Shown here piece by piece: positions 8,554 to 18,437 of a stretch of DNA of 49,893 nucleotides. The notes beneath the pieces were generated by a model that saw nothing but the letters and a program-made list of their open reading frames with translations, was not told the DNA's origin and did no database searches. Source of the stretch: Candidatus Poribacteria bacterium (lineage in GTDB: Bacteria > Poribacteria > WGA-4E > WGA-3G); the NCBI GenBank assembly GCA_009839975.1, contig VXOP01000382.1:1383-51275 (forward strand), written 5' to 3'. Every line of letters begins with the position of its first letter. The stretch's first letter is position 1. Position numbers and translations under genes: made by a program.

Positions 8554-9682
8554 AAGAAGATGTATCCTCAAATTCAGTATCTACTTCTTCTTTTGTCTCG
8601 CCTTCTTCAGTAACACCATCAAATGAATCTGACTGAGCGATTGTACTTAAATTCTCACGAATCTTCTGCTCCAGTTCGGCAGTAATATTGGAATTCTGCT
8701 CTAAGTAGGTTTTGACATTGTTTCGTCCCTGTCCAATTCTCTCATTGTTGTATGAGAACCATGAACCTCTTTTCTGAATATAACCTGCATCAACGGCGAT
8801 GTCCAGCAGGTTGCCTTCTTTTGAGATGCCTTTACCGAATGTTATATCAAACTCAGCTTCTCTGAAAGGGGGAGCGACCTTATTCTTTACGACCTTTACA
8901 AGTACTCTATTTCCGAGCACATCTTGTCCTTCTTTTATCTGTGTTGACCTTCTAATTTCCAACCTAACGGATGCATGAAATTTCAAGGCGAGTCCACCCG
9001 GTGTTGTGTCTGGATTTCCAAACATGATACCTATTTTCTGTCGTATCTGGTTTGTAAAAATTACACATGTCTTGGACTTGTTTGTAACACCAGATAATTT
9101 ACGTAGTGCTTTTGACATCAACCGTGGTAATAATCCGACATGTGCATCACCCATCTCACCTTCAATTTCAGCTTGTGGTGTGAGCGCAGCGACTGAATCA
9201 ATTATAACCACATCAATTGCGCCGCTTCGGATAAGCGTTTCAACGATCTCCAATGCTTGTTCACCTGCATCGGGTTGAGAAATCAATAAGTTCTCAAGAT
9301 TCACGCCTATATTTCGTGCATAAGTAGTGTCCAGGGCGTGTTCTACATCAATAAATGCAGCGATTCCACCCCTTTTCTGTGCTTCAGCAACGATGTGTAA
9401 TGCTAACGTTGTCTTCCCTGTTCCTTCATGTCCAAAGACTTCAACGATTCTACCGCGTGGAACACCCCCAACACCTAATGCCAAATCAAGTGCAAGTGCG
9501 CCAGTAGGTATAACCTCCACTGGAACAACTTCGTCACCTGTTAGACGCATGATGGCACCTTTTCCATAGGCACGTTCAACTTGAGAAATAGCTTGGTCTA
9601 CAGCTTTTCTCTTCTCTGCTGCATTTTTCTGTTCTTCAGCACTTAATTCATTTTCCACATTCGTTCTATCATCTTTCGCCAT
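8552..9682 (-). CDS. recA: Recombinase RecA (intact copy)
   Basis: [24 protein letters not shown], Walker [50 protein letters not shown]. Confidence 0.98.
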   Translation of the reverse strand: MAKDDRTNVENELSAEEQKNAAEKRKAVDQAISQVERAYGKGAIMRLTGDEVVPVEVIPTGALALDLALGVGGVPRGRIVEVFGHEGTGKTTLALHIVAEAQKRGGIAAFIDVEHALDTTYARNIGVNLENLLISQPDAGEQALEIVETLIRSGAIDVVIIDSVAALTPQAEIEGEMGDAHVGLLPRLMSKALRKLSGVTNKSKTCVIFTNQIRQKIGIMFGNPDTTPGGLALKFHASVRLEIRRSTQIKEGQDVLGNRVLVKVVKNKVAPPFREAEFDITFGKGISKEGNLLDIAVDAGYIQKRGSWFSYNNERIGQGRNNVKTYLEQNSNITAELEQKIRENLSTIAQSDSFDGVTEEGETKEEVDTEFEDTSS

Positions 9683-9688
9683 ATTACT

Positions 9689-10264
9689 TTACTCCTTACC
9701 CAAATGAAATCTACTCATCGGCGTATATACTGCTCCAGTTGGGCGCAATTCGCTTTTGACAAGTGTAATCTCATCTACTGCCATAGATGTATTCTGTATC
9801 GTCTGATATTCCTCAAACAGATCAACGTTTCCTCTCAAGTCTTTCTGTTGTCTCAGTCTTGCCAATGTTACATGTGGATGAAATCGTTCATCACTCTTAA
9901 CATCACAGTGCAACAGGGCGTTGTTAATGTATTTACTTAAATCTGTCGTTATGTTTCCCCCTTGCTTTAATCCTATCCATAATACGCGTGGACGTGACAA
10001 ATTCGGAAATGTGCCAATTCCACCAAATTCCAGATAAAAAGGTTTCTGTTTTATTGCGACTTTGTCTATAGCATTACAGACATCAGAAATACTATTTTTC
10101 TTTACGTCCCCAAGGAACTTCAATGTCAAATGGAAGTTTCCGGTTTTTGTCCAAGATGCTTTTCCAATTTCTGTTCTCAATTCATTCTGAATCTTCTCAA
10201 AAACCCTTTGAACGCGGACTGGAATCTCAATAGCAACAAAGCACCTGATGTAAACAGTTTTCAT
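9689..10264 (-). CDS. thpR: RNA 2',3'-cyclic phosphodiesterase (2H family), copy 1
   Basis: RCFVAI, HLTLKFLG and FHPHVTLAR (two HxT motifs), SEL.P.GAVY; directly upstream of recA. Confidence 0.92.
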   Translation of the reverse strand: MKTVYIRCFVAIEIPVRVQRVFEKIQNELRTEIGKASWTKTGNFHLTLKFLGDVKKNSISDVCNAIDKVAIKQKPFYLEFGGIGTFPNLSRPRVLWIGLKQGGNITTDLSKYINNALLHCDVKSDERFHPHVTLARLRQQKDLRGNVDLFEEYQTIQNTSMAVDEITLVKSELRPTGAVYTPMSRFHLGKE

Positions 10265-10287
10265 TCCATTTATCCAACAAAACTAAC

Positions 10288-10881
10288 CTATGTTTTAGCA
10301 GAAAATACTTTACGGTTTCCGTATAAAAATTCAATTCCAGATGCGACAGTTAAAACAACCGGTAGAAGCATCATAAAAAAAATCGGACCATACTGTTGTA
10401 TAACAAACTCTGTGTCTATAAAGAATATTAGTAGAACTAAACTGATAGTAATAATAGTCAGTTGTGTTGCCGTCTTATATTTCCCCCATTTGTTTGCAGA
10501 TATAACATCTCCATTCTTAGCAACGACAAAAATACGGACTGTCGTTACGACGAACTCACGTCCGAGTATAACCACTACCATCCATATAGGAATAAGTCTG
10601 ACATTATTTACTAAAAGTTCATGTTGAAATAGACAGAAACTAATCAGTGCTGTTGCTACTAATACCTTATCAACAATAGAGTCCATGAAACTACCGAATT
10701 CTGTTATACCCTCTTTTCGTGCGATTTTTCCATCTAATAGGTCAGTTATAGCTGCTAGGCCGAAACAGACTGCTGAAGGAAGCATCATTTTCGCACGAAA
10801 GAAGAAGAAAAAAGGGACAGTTAGCAATAAACGCGTAAAAGTCAGAAGATTAGCCAAACGAAAATATTGATGAGAACTCAT
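10288..10881 (-). CDS. pgsA: CDP-diacylglycerol--glycerol-3-phosphate phosphatidyltransferase, copy 1
   Basis: AN.LT..R, TDLLDGKIAR...TEFGSFMDSIVDK CDP-alcohol phosphotransferase motif, GKYKT..Q. Confidence 0.9.
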   Translation of the reverse strand: MSSHQYFRLANLLTFTRLLLTVPFFFFFRAKMMLPSAVCFGLAAITDLLDGKIARKEGITEFGSFMDSIVDKVLVATALISFCLFQHELLVNNVRLIPIWMVVVILGREFVVTTVRIFVVAKNGDVISANKWGKYKTATQLTIITISLVLLIFFIDTEFVIQQYGPIFFMMLLPVVLTVASGIEFLYGNRKVFSAKT

Positions 10882-10903
10882 AAATGCCTATTTTTCCGAA
10901 AAA

Positions 10904-11278
10904 TCAATCACCTCTGCATCCTGTGTCCAGGGCGTGTTCTACATCAATAAATGCAGCGATTCCACCCCTTTTCTGTGCTTCAGCAACGATGTGTAATGCT
11001 AACGTTGTCTTCCCTGTTCCTTCATGTCCAAAGACTTCAACGATTCTACCGCGTGGAACACCCCCAACACCTAATGCCAAATCAAGTGCAAGTGCGCCAG
11101 TAGGTATAACCTCCACTGGAACAACTTCGTCACCTGTTAGACGCATGATGGCACCTTTTCCATAGGCACGTTCAACTTGAGAAATAGCTTGGTCTACAGC
11201 TTTTCTCTTCTCTGCTGCATTTTTCTGTTCTTCAGCACTTAATTCATTTTCCACATTCGTTCTATCATCTTTCGCCAT
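10904..11278 (-). pseudogene. recA: 3'-truncated recA (first 119 aa plus GCRGD) produced by the duplication
   Basis: Identical to the recA N-terminus up to EHALDT, then reads out of frame into the duplicated lolA 3' end. Confidence 0.9.
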
Positions 11279-11284
11279 ATTACT

Positions 11285-11860
11285 TTACTCCTTACCCAAA
11301 TGAAATCTACTCATCGGCGTATATACTGCTCCAGTTGGGCGCAATTCGCTTTTGACAAGTGTAATCTCATCTACTGCCATAGATGTATTCTGTATCGTCT
11401 GATATTCCTCAAACAGATCAACGTTTCCTCTCAAGTCTTTCTGTTGTCTCAGTCTTGCCAATGTTACATGTGGATGAAATCGTTCATCACTCTTAACATC
11501 ACAGTGCAACAGGGCGTTGTTAATGTATTTACTTAAATCTGTCGTTATGTTTCCCCCTTGCTTTAATCCTATCCATAATACGCGTGGACGTGACAAATTC
11601 GGAAATGTGCCAATTCCACCAAATTCCAGATAAAAAGGTTTCTGTTTTATTGCGACTTTGTCTATAGCATTACAGACATCAGAAATACTATTTTTCTTTA
11701 CGTCCCCAAGGAACTTCAATGTCAAATGGAAGTTTCCGGTTTTTGTCCAAGATGCTTTTCCAATTTCTGTTCTCAATTCATTCTGAATCTTCTCAAAAAC
11801 CCTTTGAACGCGGACTGGAATCTCAATAGCAACAAAGCACCTGATGTAAACAGTTTTCAT
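11285..11860 (-). CDS. thpR: RNA 2',3'-cyclic phosphodiesterase, copy 2
   Basis: Translation identical to 9689-10264. Confidence 0.92.
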   Translation of the reverse strand: MKTVYIRCFVAIEIPVRVQRVFEKIQNELRTEIGKASWTKTGNFHLTLKFLGDVKKNSISDVCNAIDKVAIKQKPFYLEFGGIGTFPNLSRPRVLWIGLKQGGNITTDLSKYINNALLHCDVKSDERFHPHVTLARLRQQKDLRGNVDLFEEYQTIQNTSMAVDEITLVKSELRPTGAVYTPMSRFHLGKE

Positions 11861-11883
11861 TCCATTTATCCAACAAAACTAAC

Positions 11884-12477
11884 CTATGTTTTAGCAGAAA
11901 ATACTTTACGGTTTCCGTATAAAAATTCAATTCCAGATGCGACAGTTAAAACAACCGGTAGAAGCATCATAAAAAAAATCGGACCATACTGTTGTATAAC
12001 AAACTCTGTGTCTATAAAGAATATTAGTAGAACTAAACTGATAGTAATAATAGTCAGTTGTGTTGCCGTCTTATATTTCCCCCATTTGTTTGCAGATATA
12101 ACATCTCCATTCTTAGCAACGACAAAAATACGGACTGTCGTTACGACGAACTCACGTCCGAGTATAACCACTACCATCCATATAGGAATAAGTCTGACAT
12201 TATTTACTAAAAGTTCATGTTGAAATAGACAGAAACTAATCAGTGCTGTTGCTACTAATACCTTATCAACAATAGAGTCCATGAAACTACCGAATTCTGT
12301 TATACCCTCTTTTCGTGCGATTTTTCCATCTAATAGGTCAGTTATAGCTGCTAGGCCGAAACAGACTGCTGAAGGAAGCATCATTTTCGCACGAAAGAAG
12401 AAGAAAAAAGGGACAGTTAGCAATAAACGCGTAAAAGTCAGAAGATTAGCCAAACGAAAATATTGATGAGAACTCAT
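11884..12477 (-). CDS. pgsA: PgsA, copy 2
   Basis: Translation identical to 10288-10881. Confidence 0.9.
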   Translation of the reverse strand: MSSHQYFRLANLLTFTRLLLTVPFFFFFRAKMMLPSAVCFGLAAITDLLDGKIARKEGITEFGSFMDSIVDKVLVATALISFCLFQHELLVNNVRLIPIWMVVVILGREFVVTTVRIFVVAKNGDVISANKWGKYKTATQLTIITISLVLLIFFIDTEFVIQQYGPIFFMMLLPVVLTVASGIEFLYGNRKVFSAKT

Positions 12478-12483
12478 AAATGC

Positions 12484-13206
12484 CTATTTTTCCGAAAAAT
12501 CAATCACCTCTGCATCCTCTGGTACGTTGAACTTAAATACATCTGAAGACAATTCTTGGTCTCGTTTTATCTTAGAGAGTGATGTGATCACGCTTCGACG
12601 ACTCTTATCCGGGAACTCTATTACATACCCAAACTGGACAGGTAGCCAGTCCTTCTCTTGAACCCAAATCTCAAGTGTCTCTTTTTCTGTGTTTTCATCA
12701 GATGTTTTATTATTTGTTCTATTTAGCAGATGCGGTTTAGGTGTCAGTCTTATCTGAAATACTCCTTTTGCATTTGCAGCCTCATCTGGCACCAACTCCA
12801 TATCCCAATTCTCCGATACATCTTCAAGAGATGCCCCGATACCAGGTAGAATCTCACGACGTTCAGAAGTATCCCATTTTCTTTTATTTACTTGTTTGTA
12901 TAAAGGTACATAAGACCATGCGTAAGAACCATCTAAAACGATAACTTTTACAATCTGTTTGGGATTCTTTGGTGAGACAAATTCCTTTCGCAGCAGATTT
13001 GGCTTGCCGAATGTAAAGTGTCCAGTTGTCACATTTTTGCGTGTCTTATAGAGTGTGGTCTCCTGAAATTCTGCACTGAAGTTTTTTGACTTATTGTAAG
13101 CAGTTTTGAAATTTTCAAAAATCTCGTCCACTGTAAAACTGTGTCCATTGACAACAATTACAACGCTTAGACAAAATAAAATTAGCAAATACCGCAGATG
13201 TTTCAC
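12484..13206 (-). CDS. LolA-family outer-membrane lipoprotein carrier-like protein
   Basis: Signal peptide, FSAEFQE..., G.F.F.KPN, V.DG..AW.Y.P..KQV, C-terminal F.F.VP.DAEVID; AGGAG RBS before a GTG start. Confidence 0.8.
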   Translation of the reverse strand: MKHLRYLLILFCLSVVIVVNGHSFTVDEIFENFKTAYNKSKNFSAEFQETTLYKTRKNVTTGHFTFGKPNLLRKEFVSPKNPKQIVKVIVLDGSYAWSYVPLYKQVNKRKWDTSERREILPGIGASLEDVSENWDMELVPDEAANAKGVFQIRLTPKPHLLNRTNNKTSDENTEKETLEIWVQEKDWLPVQFGYVIEFPDKSRRSVITSLSKIKRDQELSSDVFKFNVPEDAEVIDFSEK

Positions 13207-13255
13207 TCTGAATCTCCTATGATGTCAAATGAGGAACACTATTTGTTAGGCAAAT

Positions 13256-13284
13256 AGTATATCACAACCAATTGTGCCTGTCAA
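13256..13284 (-). promoter_or_regulatory. Near-consensus sigma70 promoter of the lolA-pgsA-thpR-recA operon
   Basis: - strand TTGACA-17 nt-TATACT with extended -10 TG. Confidence 0.8.
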
Positions 13285-13703
13285 TCATATTTTTCTGCTT
13301 TCTCGTTTTGCATAACTTCAGAAAACTCGGCATCTGAGACGAGTAATCGTGTCCAATCCGTTAGTTCTACTTCAAGATCAATTGCATCATCTAATGCATA
13401 ATAGACAAGTCTTTCTAAAGTCTCGGCAAGGTGCGTATTCCGAAAAAGTGCTTGGAACCATATACTGAAGGATTTTATCGCATCCGCTGATTCTGAGAAT
13501 ACCCATAAAATCACTCTACAGAAATCCAGTCCTTCGTCAACCGATTGCTGTGAAATCCACACACCCTCTGGAAACCCACGAAACAGGGGTAATAGGTCTG
13601 CTATGACAACAACCCTATCATGGTCAAGGTATGAAATCTCTGGTGATATGTCAAATTGGATAGCGTATTTATGCGTAAGGAGTTCAGTATCATCTTTTTT
13701 CAA
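13281..13703 (-). CDS. Hypothetical protein
   Basis: 140-aa ORF, co-oriented, fills the gap; AGGA-like RBS before a TTG start; no recognisable motif. Confidence 0.6.
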   Translation of the reverse strand: MKKDDTELLTHKYAIQFDISPEISYLDHDRVVVIADLLPLFRGFPEGVWISQQSVDEGLDFCRVILWVFSESADAIKSFSIWFQALFRNTHLAETLERLVYYALDDAIDLEVELTDWTRLLVSDAEFSEVMQNEKAEKYD

Positions 13704-13741
13704 TATAAACTATTTCCTGTATATAACAATACTAATCAAGA

Positions 13742-15673
13742 TTAAAGTGAATGTCCTGCCCCCGATGATGGCATGTATAGATTCAACGCAAAACTGATTA
13801 GACTCAAAACACTTCTCGGAATAAAGTCCCCTAATACCAAACCGAGAAAGAAAGGAATTGCTTTACGATAGGTATGCCATCCAGAGAACCGTAGGATCAT
13901 GAGTTTGAGAAACCAACTTACCATCACAGGAAACCAGAAATAGATCAGTCCACCCCACGAAGCACCCGAGAGAACATAACCTGATGGATGCAAAGTCCAC
14001 CATAGTAGACGAGTCCGCAGAAAATGCAACAGGAAGACAAAACCGAACCCTCCACTCATAAAGGCGATAGAACCCACATTCGCTTCTCTTGGATGTTGCA
14101 ACCAACTTTGAAGCGGATTGAAACTCTCCCAACCAAAGTGACCTACATGTCCTTGACACCTTGCAAGGACACCGTAGTGATATGCAACTTGTAGATATGT
14201 CCAAAATGTAGCAACTGCACCGACACCGATAGCAAGAGCCATGCTCATAACCAATGTCTTACCAGGGATACGTGCTTGATCTCCAATCCGCAAGGATTCT
14301 ATCTGGTTTGGCATCGGATGTGAACGATTACAACGGTTAAAAGCGTATAGAAAAGTCATGACAGTTAGGTTCGGAGCACCCAAAACTCGCGTACCGATGG
14401 TATTGACCATGATCTGACGTGGATTGATACCGATGACCTCATGGTACGGTGGACCTAACTCTGCACGCACCCGACCAATTGCTAAGGCAAACGCGATGAA
14501 GAGTAGATAGAAAACTGTGATGACCCATAGCGACATTCCAGCGAAATAGCAGAACCCAAATACACCACCAACACTAAGAACGGATAGAATTGCTGTTGTC
14601 CGATATGTCAAAGGTTCATTTGCATCATCACCTCGCTCAAGACCTATAGCATGTCTGAGAAACCTTATTATATGTCTTCGTCCCATCCAAAGCGTTAGTG
14701 CTGCGATCCCGATCCATGCACCGGATGCGCGGTCATTGAGTCCAAGTCTACTGATATTGGTTACCCCAACAGCACTTGCTATCACCCGTTCTGCCCGCGT
14801 AAGCCAGAAGAAAAACCATGTTGAGAACGATAGATCCAGCGGCATAAAATACGTCAATCCGACAATCGCAAGGTTGAAGGACATTGAAACATATCCCACA
14901 GCACTCCAAGGTCGTTCCGTTATGTGTCTGTCAAGTCTGTAACTTGATGGAAATGCGGGTATCACAGGAAACAGGTCATGTAAACCTGCTAATACACGTA
15001 ACAGCGCAGCAATACCGAAACCAATCCAGAGTGAACGTAATTTGAAAAAACTACGGTTCGTTGTCATCTGTAGGGGTAATTGGGTTAATGGGAAGCTTAA
15101 TTTTTCGCGTTCCATCCACTGCTTGCGAAGTAGCAGCCCCAGGCAGAGTAAAGATCCGTATAGGATAAAGATAAAACCGGACCAAATCAGAATCGGTTTT
15201 ATCCATACGGTTAGATGTTCTGACAGATAGAAACTGGATTCACCTTCATAATAGCCTGCCAACCATTCTGGATCATGCACTGTCATCCAATCGGGAATAT
15301 GGTGTAGAAAGAGTTGTGCCCATTCGTTTTCAGCACTTTCGAACCAGAACGGATGCGCCAATGTTCCCATCAGAATTGCCATCATTGCATGACCTGAGAT
15401 CGTAGAGACCATCGTCACCATGATGTAGATCAATAGCAATTCAGCACGCGTAAAGGCAGCACGCGGTGATATTCTCCTTAAGACGAAGTTCAGCGCGAGA
15501 AGGACGACTAATGTAAAAACAGCGTTGGAAAAAGGAGAGACAAGTGTATAGACTGCGTACCAAAGTTCACTTGCGATACCGACCCAGTACGCATTCACGA
15601 TGACAAGGACTAAACCTACTAGTATCGCTTTCTTGGAGATTACCTCATTGGACGTTGCGGGTGGTGGATGCAT
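13742..15673 (-). CDS. DUF6785-type polytopic membrane protein (OPT-like putative peptide transporter)
   Basis: About 16 hydrophobic segments; ELL.IY.M, W..P...W, LRKQW...EKL.FPL.QLP, R.RAELG.P, R....W.LHP.GY, FF.GL.LGDF. Confidence 0.75.
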   Translation of the reverse strand: MHPPPATSNEVISKKAILVGLVLVIVNAYWVGIASELWYAVYTLVSPFSNAVFTLVVLLALNFVLRRISPRAAFTRAELLLIYIMVTMVSTISGHAMMAILMGTLAHPFWFESAENEWAQLFLHHIPDWMTVHDPEWLAGYYEGESSFYLSEHLTVWIKPILIWSGFIFILYGSLLCLGLLLRKQWMEREKLSFPLTQLPLQMTTNRSFFKLRSLWIGFGIAALLRVLAGLHDLFPVIPAFPSSYRLDRHITERPWSAVGYVSMSFNLAIVGLTYFMPLDLSFSTWFFFWLTRAERVIASAVGVTNISRLGLNDRASGAWIGIAALTLWMGRRHIIRFLRHAIGLERGDDANEPLTYRTTAILSVLSVGGVFGFCYFAGMSLWVITVFYLLFIAFALAIGRVRAELGPPYHEVIGINPRQIMVNTIGTRVLGAPNLTVMTFLYAFNRCNRSHPMPNQIESLRIGDQARIPGKTLVMSMALAIGVGAVATFWTYLQVAYHYGVLARCQGHVGHFGWESFNPLQSWLQHPREANVGSIAFMSGGFGFVFLLHFLRTRLLWWTLHPSGYVLSGASWGGLIYFWFPVMVSWFLKLMILRFSGWHTYRKAIPFFLGLVLGDFIPRSVLSLISFALNLYMPSSGAGHSL

Positions 15674-15710
15674 TAATAAAGCTAGCCTTACGAACCTGCA
15701 TTAGGAGCAA

Positions 15711-17249
15711 CTATCCCGAAATGTCTGTCAATGATTGCAGCTCTGTTCCTAAATGATCCATTATATCATCAAGTGTTTTATACAACTGAAGTGTATCTCC
15801 GACCTTGTCAGACGTGATGATACGAATTGCTTCCTGTAGTTGCGTGTCGTGTCTCAAATTTACGATCTGTTCAATGCCGACATTGCGATTAAATAGCTGT
15901 TCTGCCCGATACGTTAGCCATCGCAAACTCACACGGAAGCCATCAGCGGCAAGTTCCTGTCTAAATTGGGGTAACGTTGCTTCAAGCCGAGTAAAATCCT
16001 TTGGTAATTCGCTAGTGCGTTTAGTTTCATCTTCAATCCAGTCAGTTACATAATCTTCAATGGCATTTTTTTCTGCAACAAGACGTTGCATGACCTGTTC
16101 GATTCTATCAGGTGGTTCAGTGGATATAGGTATGTGTGGGGAAATGCCAGATTTGTCTATAGATGTTCCGTTTGGGGTATAGTAGGATGAAATCGTAAGG
16201 GAGACTGCACCGATTCCCCTTATAGGATATCGTTTCTGAACGACCCCTTTCCCGTAGGTTTTCTCACCGATGAGGATCCCTCTACCGGTATCTTTAATTG
16301 CACCTGCAACGATTTCGGAAGCACTTGCACTATATTCATCTACGAGGATAACAAGGGGAATATCTGTATCACATAAAACATCTGAATGCGCGGGATATTG
16401 TTCGTTAAAGGAATTGTTTCTACCTTTAGTTGAGACGATGACTCCATTGTCAATAAAAGCGTCCGCAATATGGTAAGCAGCATCAAGTAAGCCACCGTGA
16501 TTGTTTCTCAGATCAAGGATGAGTGCCTGCATTCCTGCATTATTGTGTGATGCCAGTGCCTTGTTGAACTCTTCTTCTGTGCCGCCTGCGCGATCGGTGC
16601 CGATAAACTTTGATATTCTGATATAACCGATACCATCATCCAACATCGTAGAGGTAACGCTCGGTATAGAAATCTTAGCACGTTTCAACCGAATATCAAA
16701 GGGTTCAAGATATTTGCGTTGCACCGTAATTGTCACATCAGTATTCACGCGACCGCGTAGCAGATCCACGACATCGTCAAGTGTCATACCTGTTCTTTCA
16801 CCGAGATATATCTGCTTACCATTGACTCTTGTGATATAGTCACCTGCTTGAAGTTGTGCAGATTCGGCTGGTGTTCCCGGCATCGGTTTGGAGATTTTGA
16901 CAAAACCGCGATGATCTGGATAGATACTCACACCGAGTCCACCGAATTGTGCGTTGTATAGGTTCTCCACAGAACGTTTATGGTCACGTTGAGACAGGAG
17001 GAATGTGTAAGGGTCATCAAGAGCGAGTAATGCCCCTTTAATTGCGCCGTGGTACATTGCATTTTTGTCTACAGGCTTATAATAATTGTCTTCAGCGGTT
17101 CTGATGGCATCATCAAGTGCTTTATTCAAAGCCTTAAGGCTTATATGGGCATTGTCACTTGTCGCAAATCTTTCATTTGAATTAATAATTAGCAACGGGA
17201 GACCTATAGCGATAATTAGAACGATGATTGATAAAGTAAATCTTTTCAT
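15711..17249 (-). CDS. S41A C-terminal processing peptidase (CtpA/Prc-like)
   Basis: N-terminal TM, LDDPY, PDZ FGGLGVSI, LILDLRNNHGG, SASASEIVAGA (catalytic Ser), TYGKGVVQ (Lys), DTQL.EA. Confidence 0.93.
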   Translation of the reverse strand: MKRFTLSIIVLIIAIGLPLLIINSNERFATSDNAHISLKALNKALDDAIRTAEDNYYKPVDKNAMYHGAIKGALLALDDPYTFLLSQRDHKRSVENLYNAQFGGLGVSIYPDHRGFVKISKPMPGTPAESAQLQAGDYITRVNGKQIYLGERTGMTLDDVVDLLRGRVNTDVTITVQRKYLEPFDIRLKRAKISIPSVTSTMLDDGIGYIRISKFIGTDRAGGTEEEFNKALASHNNAGMQALILDLRNNHGGLLDAAYHIADAFIDNGVIVSTKGRNNSFNEQYPAHSDVLCDTDIPLVILVDEYSASASEIVAGAIKDTGRGILIGEKTYGKGVVQKRYPIRGIGAVSLTISSYYTPNGTSIDKSGISPHIPISTEPPDRIEQVMQRLVAEKNAIEDYVTDWIEDETKRTSELPKDFTRLEATLPQFRQELAADGFRVSLRWLTYRAEQLFNRNVGIEQIVNLRHDTQLQEAIRIITSDKVGDTLQLYKTLDDIMDHLGTELQSLTDISG

Positions 17250-17311
17250 GTGAGTACCCCAATGCAGATAAATTGTATTTTACTTCGGTATCTGTTTATT
17301 TTCTCTCATTA

Positions 17312-17340
17312 ATTCTATCACGAATCCTATATTCATGCAA
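17312..17340 (-). promoter_or_regulatory. Sigma70-type promoter upstream of the S41 peptidase
   Basis: - strand TTGCAT-17 nt-TAGAAT with extended -10 TG. Confidence 0.6.
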
Positions 17341-17348
17341 CGGTAATT

Positions 17349-18437
17349 TTAAGGTTTCCACAAGGTTGCTTCAATAAATCTTTCGCCATCAGGCTCTTCA
17401 TTGAAATAGTATACAGTTATCACAGTCCCATCTGATCTTTGAACAGTCCTCGGATACCCTATATCGTGATCGCCGCCGTTTTCTCGTAGGACAATCTCAT
17501 CAGACCATGTTTCTCCGGCATCGCTACTGAGCTTTGCACAGATACGGTACGGTGCATCCCTGAATCCATAAGTAAGACATATTCTACCATCTATGAGTTG
17601 TGTTAACGTAGGTGGATTTCCGCCTCTGCCCGTATTTTCTACCGCACGATTTATGAACTGCCAAGTTTTCCCGTTGTCATTAGATGTGTAGAGATCAATC
17701 CAATTTTTGAGTTCTTCCCAGTCTTTTCCCCTTTTCTTGCTCATGCCACGGCACCTCACTGCGACTAAAACATCACTTTCAGAGAGTCTTACACTTGCTG
17801 GTATTATTGCAAACCCATCAGGTTCGGGGCCAATCTGAGAATGCAGGGAGAAGGATTTTGCCCCATCCTCTGTCCGTGCACAGAATATCAAACCCTCATT
17901 GCCGTTTGCTTTTGAAGCAGTAAGAAACAGCAAACATTCTTCAGAATTCGAGACGAGATAGTCTGTTCGTGCAGCAATACCTGTATAACCAAACATCGGT
18001 AGTTCATACGGACCATCCCAACTATTACAGCGGTCTGTTGATGTATAAAACCATGAATGTGCACCAGCACTAAGACCGGTTCTGCTGCACATCATAGCGA
18101 AATCAGGATGTTCAAGATTCACGCTCTGCGGTGCTTTGAAAGCAGTTTCACCTTGTAGTCTGTGTTTTCCAGCCACATGTTCATCCGCAGATAAAGTGCC
18201 TAACCCCGGTAGTTCACAAGGTGTTTCCGCTATTTCCCATGTCTCACCCCCATCTACACTTCTCGCTTGCATGGCGGTAAAAGGTTTATCGCGATCTCTC
18301 CGATGAAATCCGGCATCTGATTTGTGGTACCCTACAGTAAAACCCACAACTATTTCGTTTTCCCATGACCATATACCGTAGTTTGCGGGCCATCCTGCGA
18401 AACGTCCCGGTTCACGATAGATTGTTATGTGTTGCAT
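17349..18437 (-). CDS. BNR/Asp-box sialidase-fold protein
   Basis: Five Asp boxes (SVDGGETW, STDRCNSW, TEDGAKSF, SNDNGKTW, SSDAGETW) and a DIGYP motif; no signal peptide. Confidence 0.85.
   Translation of the reverse strand: MQHITIYREPGRFAGWPANYGIWSWENEIVVGFTVGYHKSDAGFHRRDRDKPFTAMQARSVDGGETWEIAETPCELPGLGTLSADEHVAGKHRLQGETAFKAPQSVNLEHPDFAMMCSRTGLSAGAHSWFYTSTDRCNSWDGPYELPMFGYTGIAARTDYLVSNSEECLLFLTASKANGNEGLIFCARTEDGAKSFSLHSQIGPEPDGFAIIPASVRLSESDVLVAVRCRGMSKKRGKDWEELKNWIDLYTSNDNGKTWQFINRAVENTGRGGNPPTLTQLIDGRICLTYGFRDAPYRICAKLSSDAGETWSDEIVLRENGGDHDIGYPRTVQRSDGTVITVYYFNEEPDGERFIEATLWKP

Larger units (their letters stand above)
9327..12518. repeat. Tandem direct duplication, 2 x 1596 bp (9327-10922 and 10923-12518)
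   Basis: thpR, pgsA and 5' recA repeat at an offset of exactly 1596 with identical translations. The junction at 10922/10923 fuses the lolA 3' end (..TGCATCCT) to internal recA (GTGTCCAGGG..). Confidence 0.95.

Noticed and set aside
9689-12477. Paralogous pgsA/thpR genes with distinct functions
   Set aside because: The copies have identical translations and are fully explained by one tandem duplication.
13231-13250. Gram-positive LexA box (GAAC-N4-GTTC) upstream of the recA operon
   Set aside because: GAACACTATTTG does not match the second half-site; a different palindrome is reported instead.
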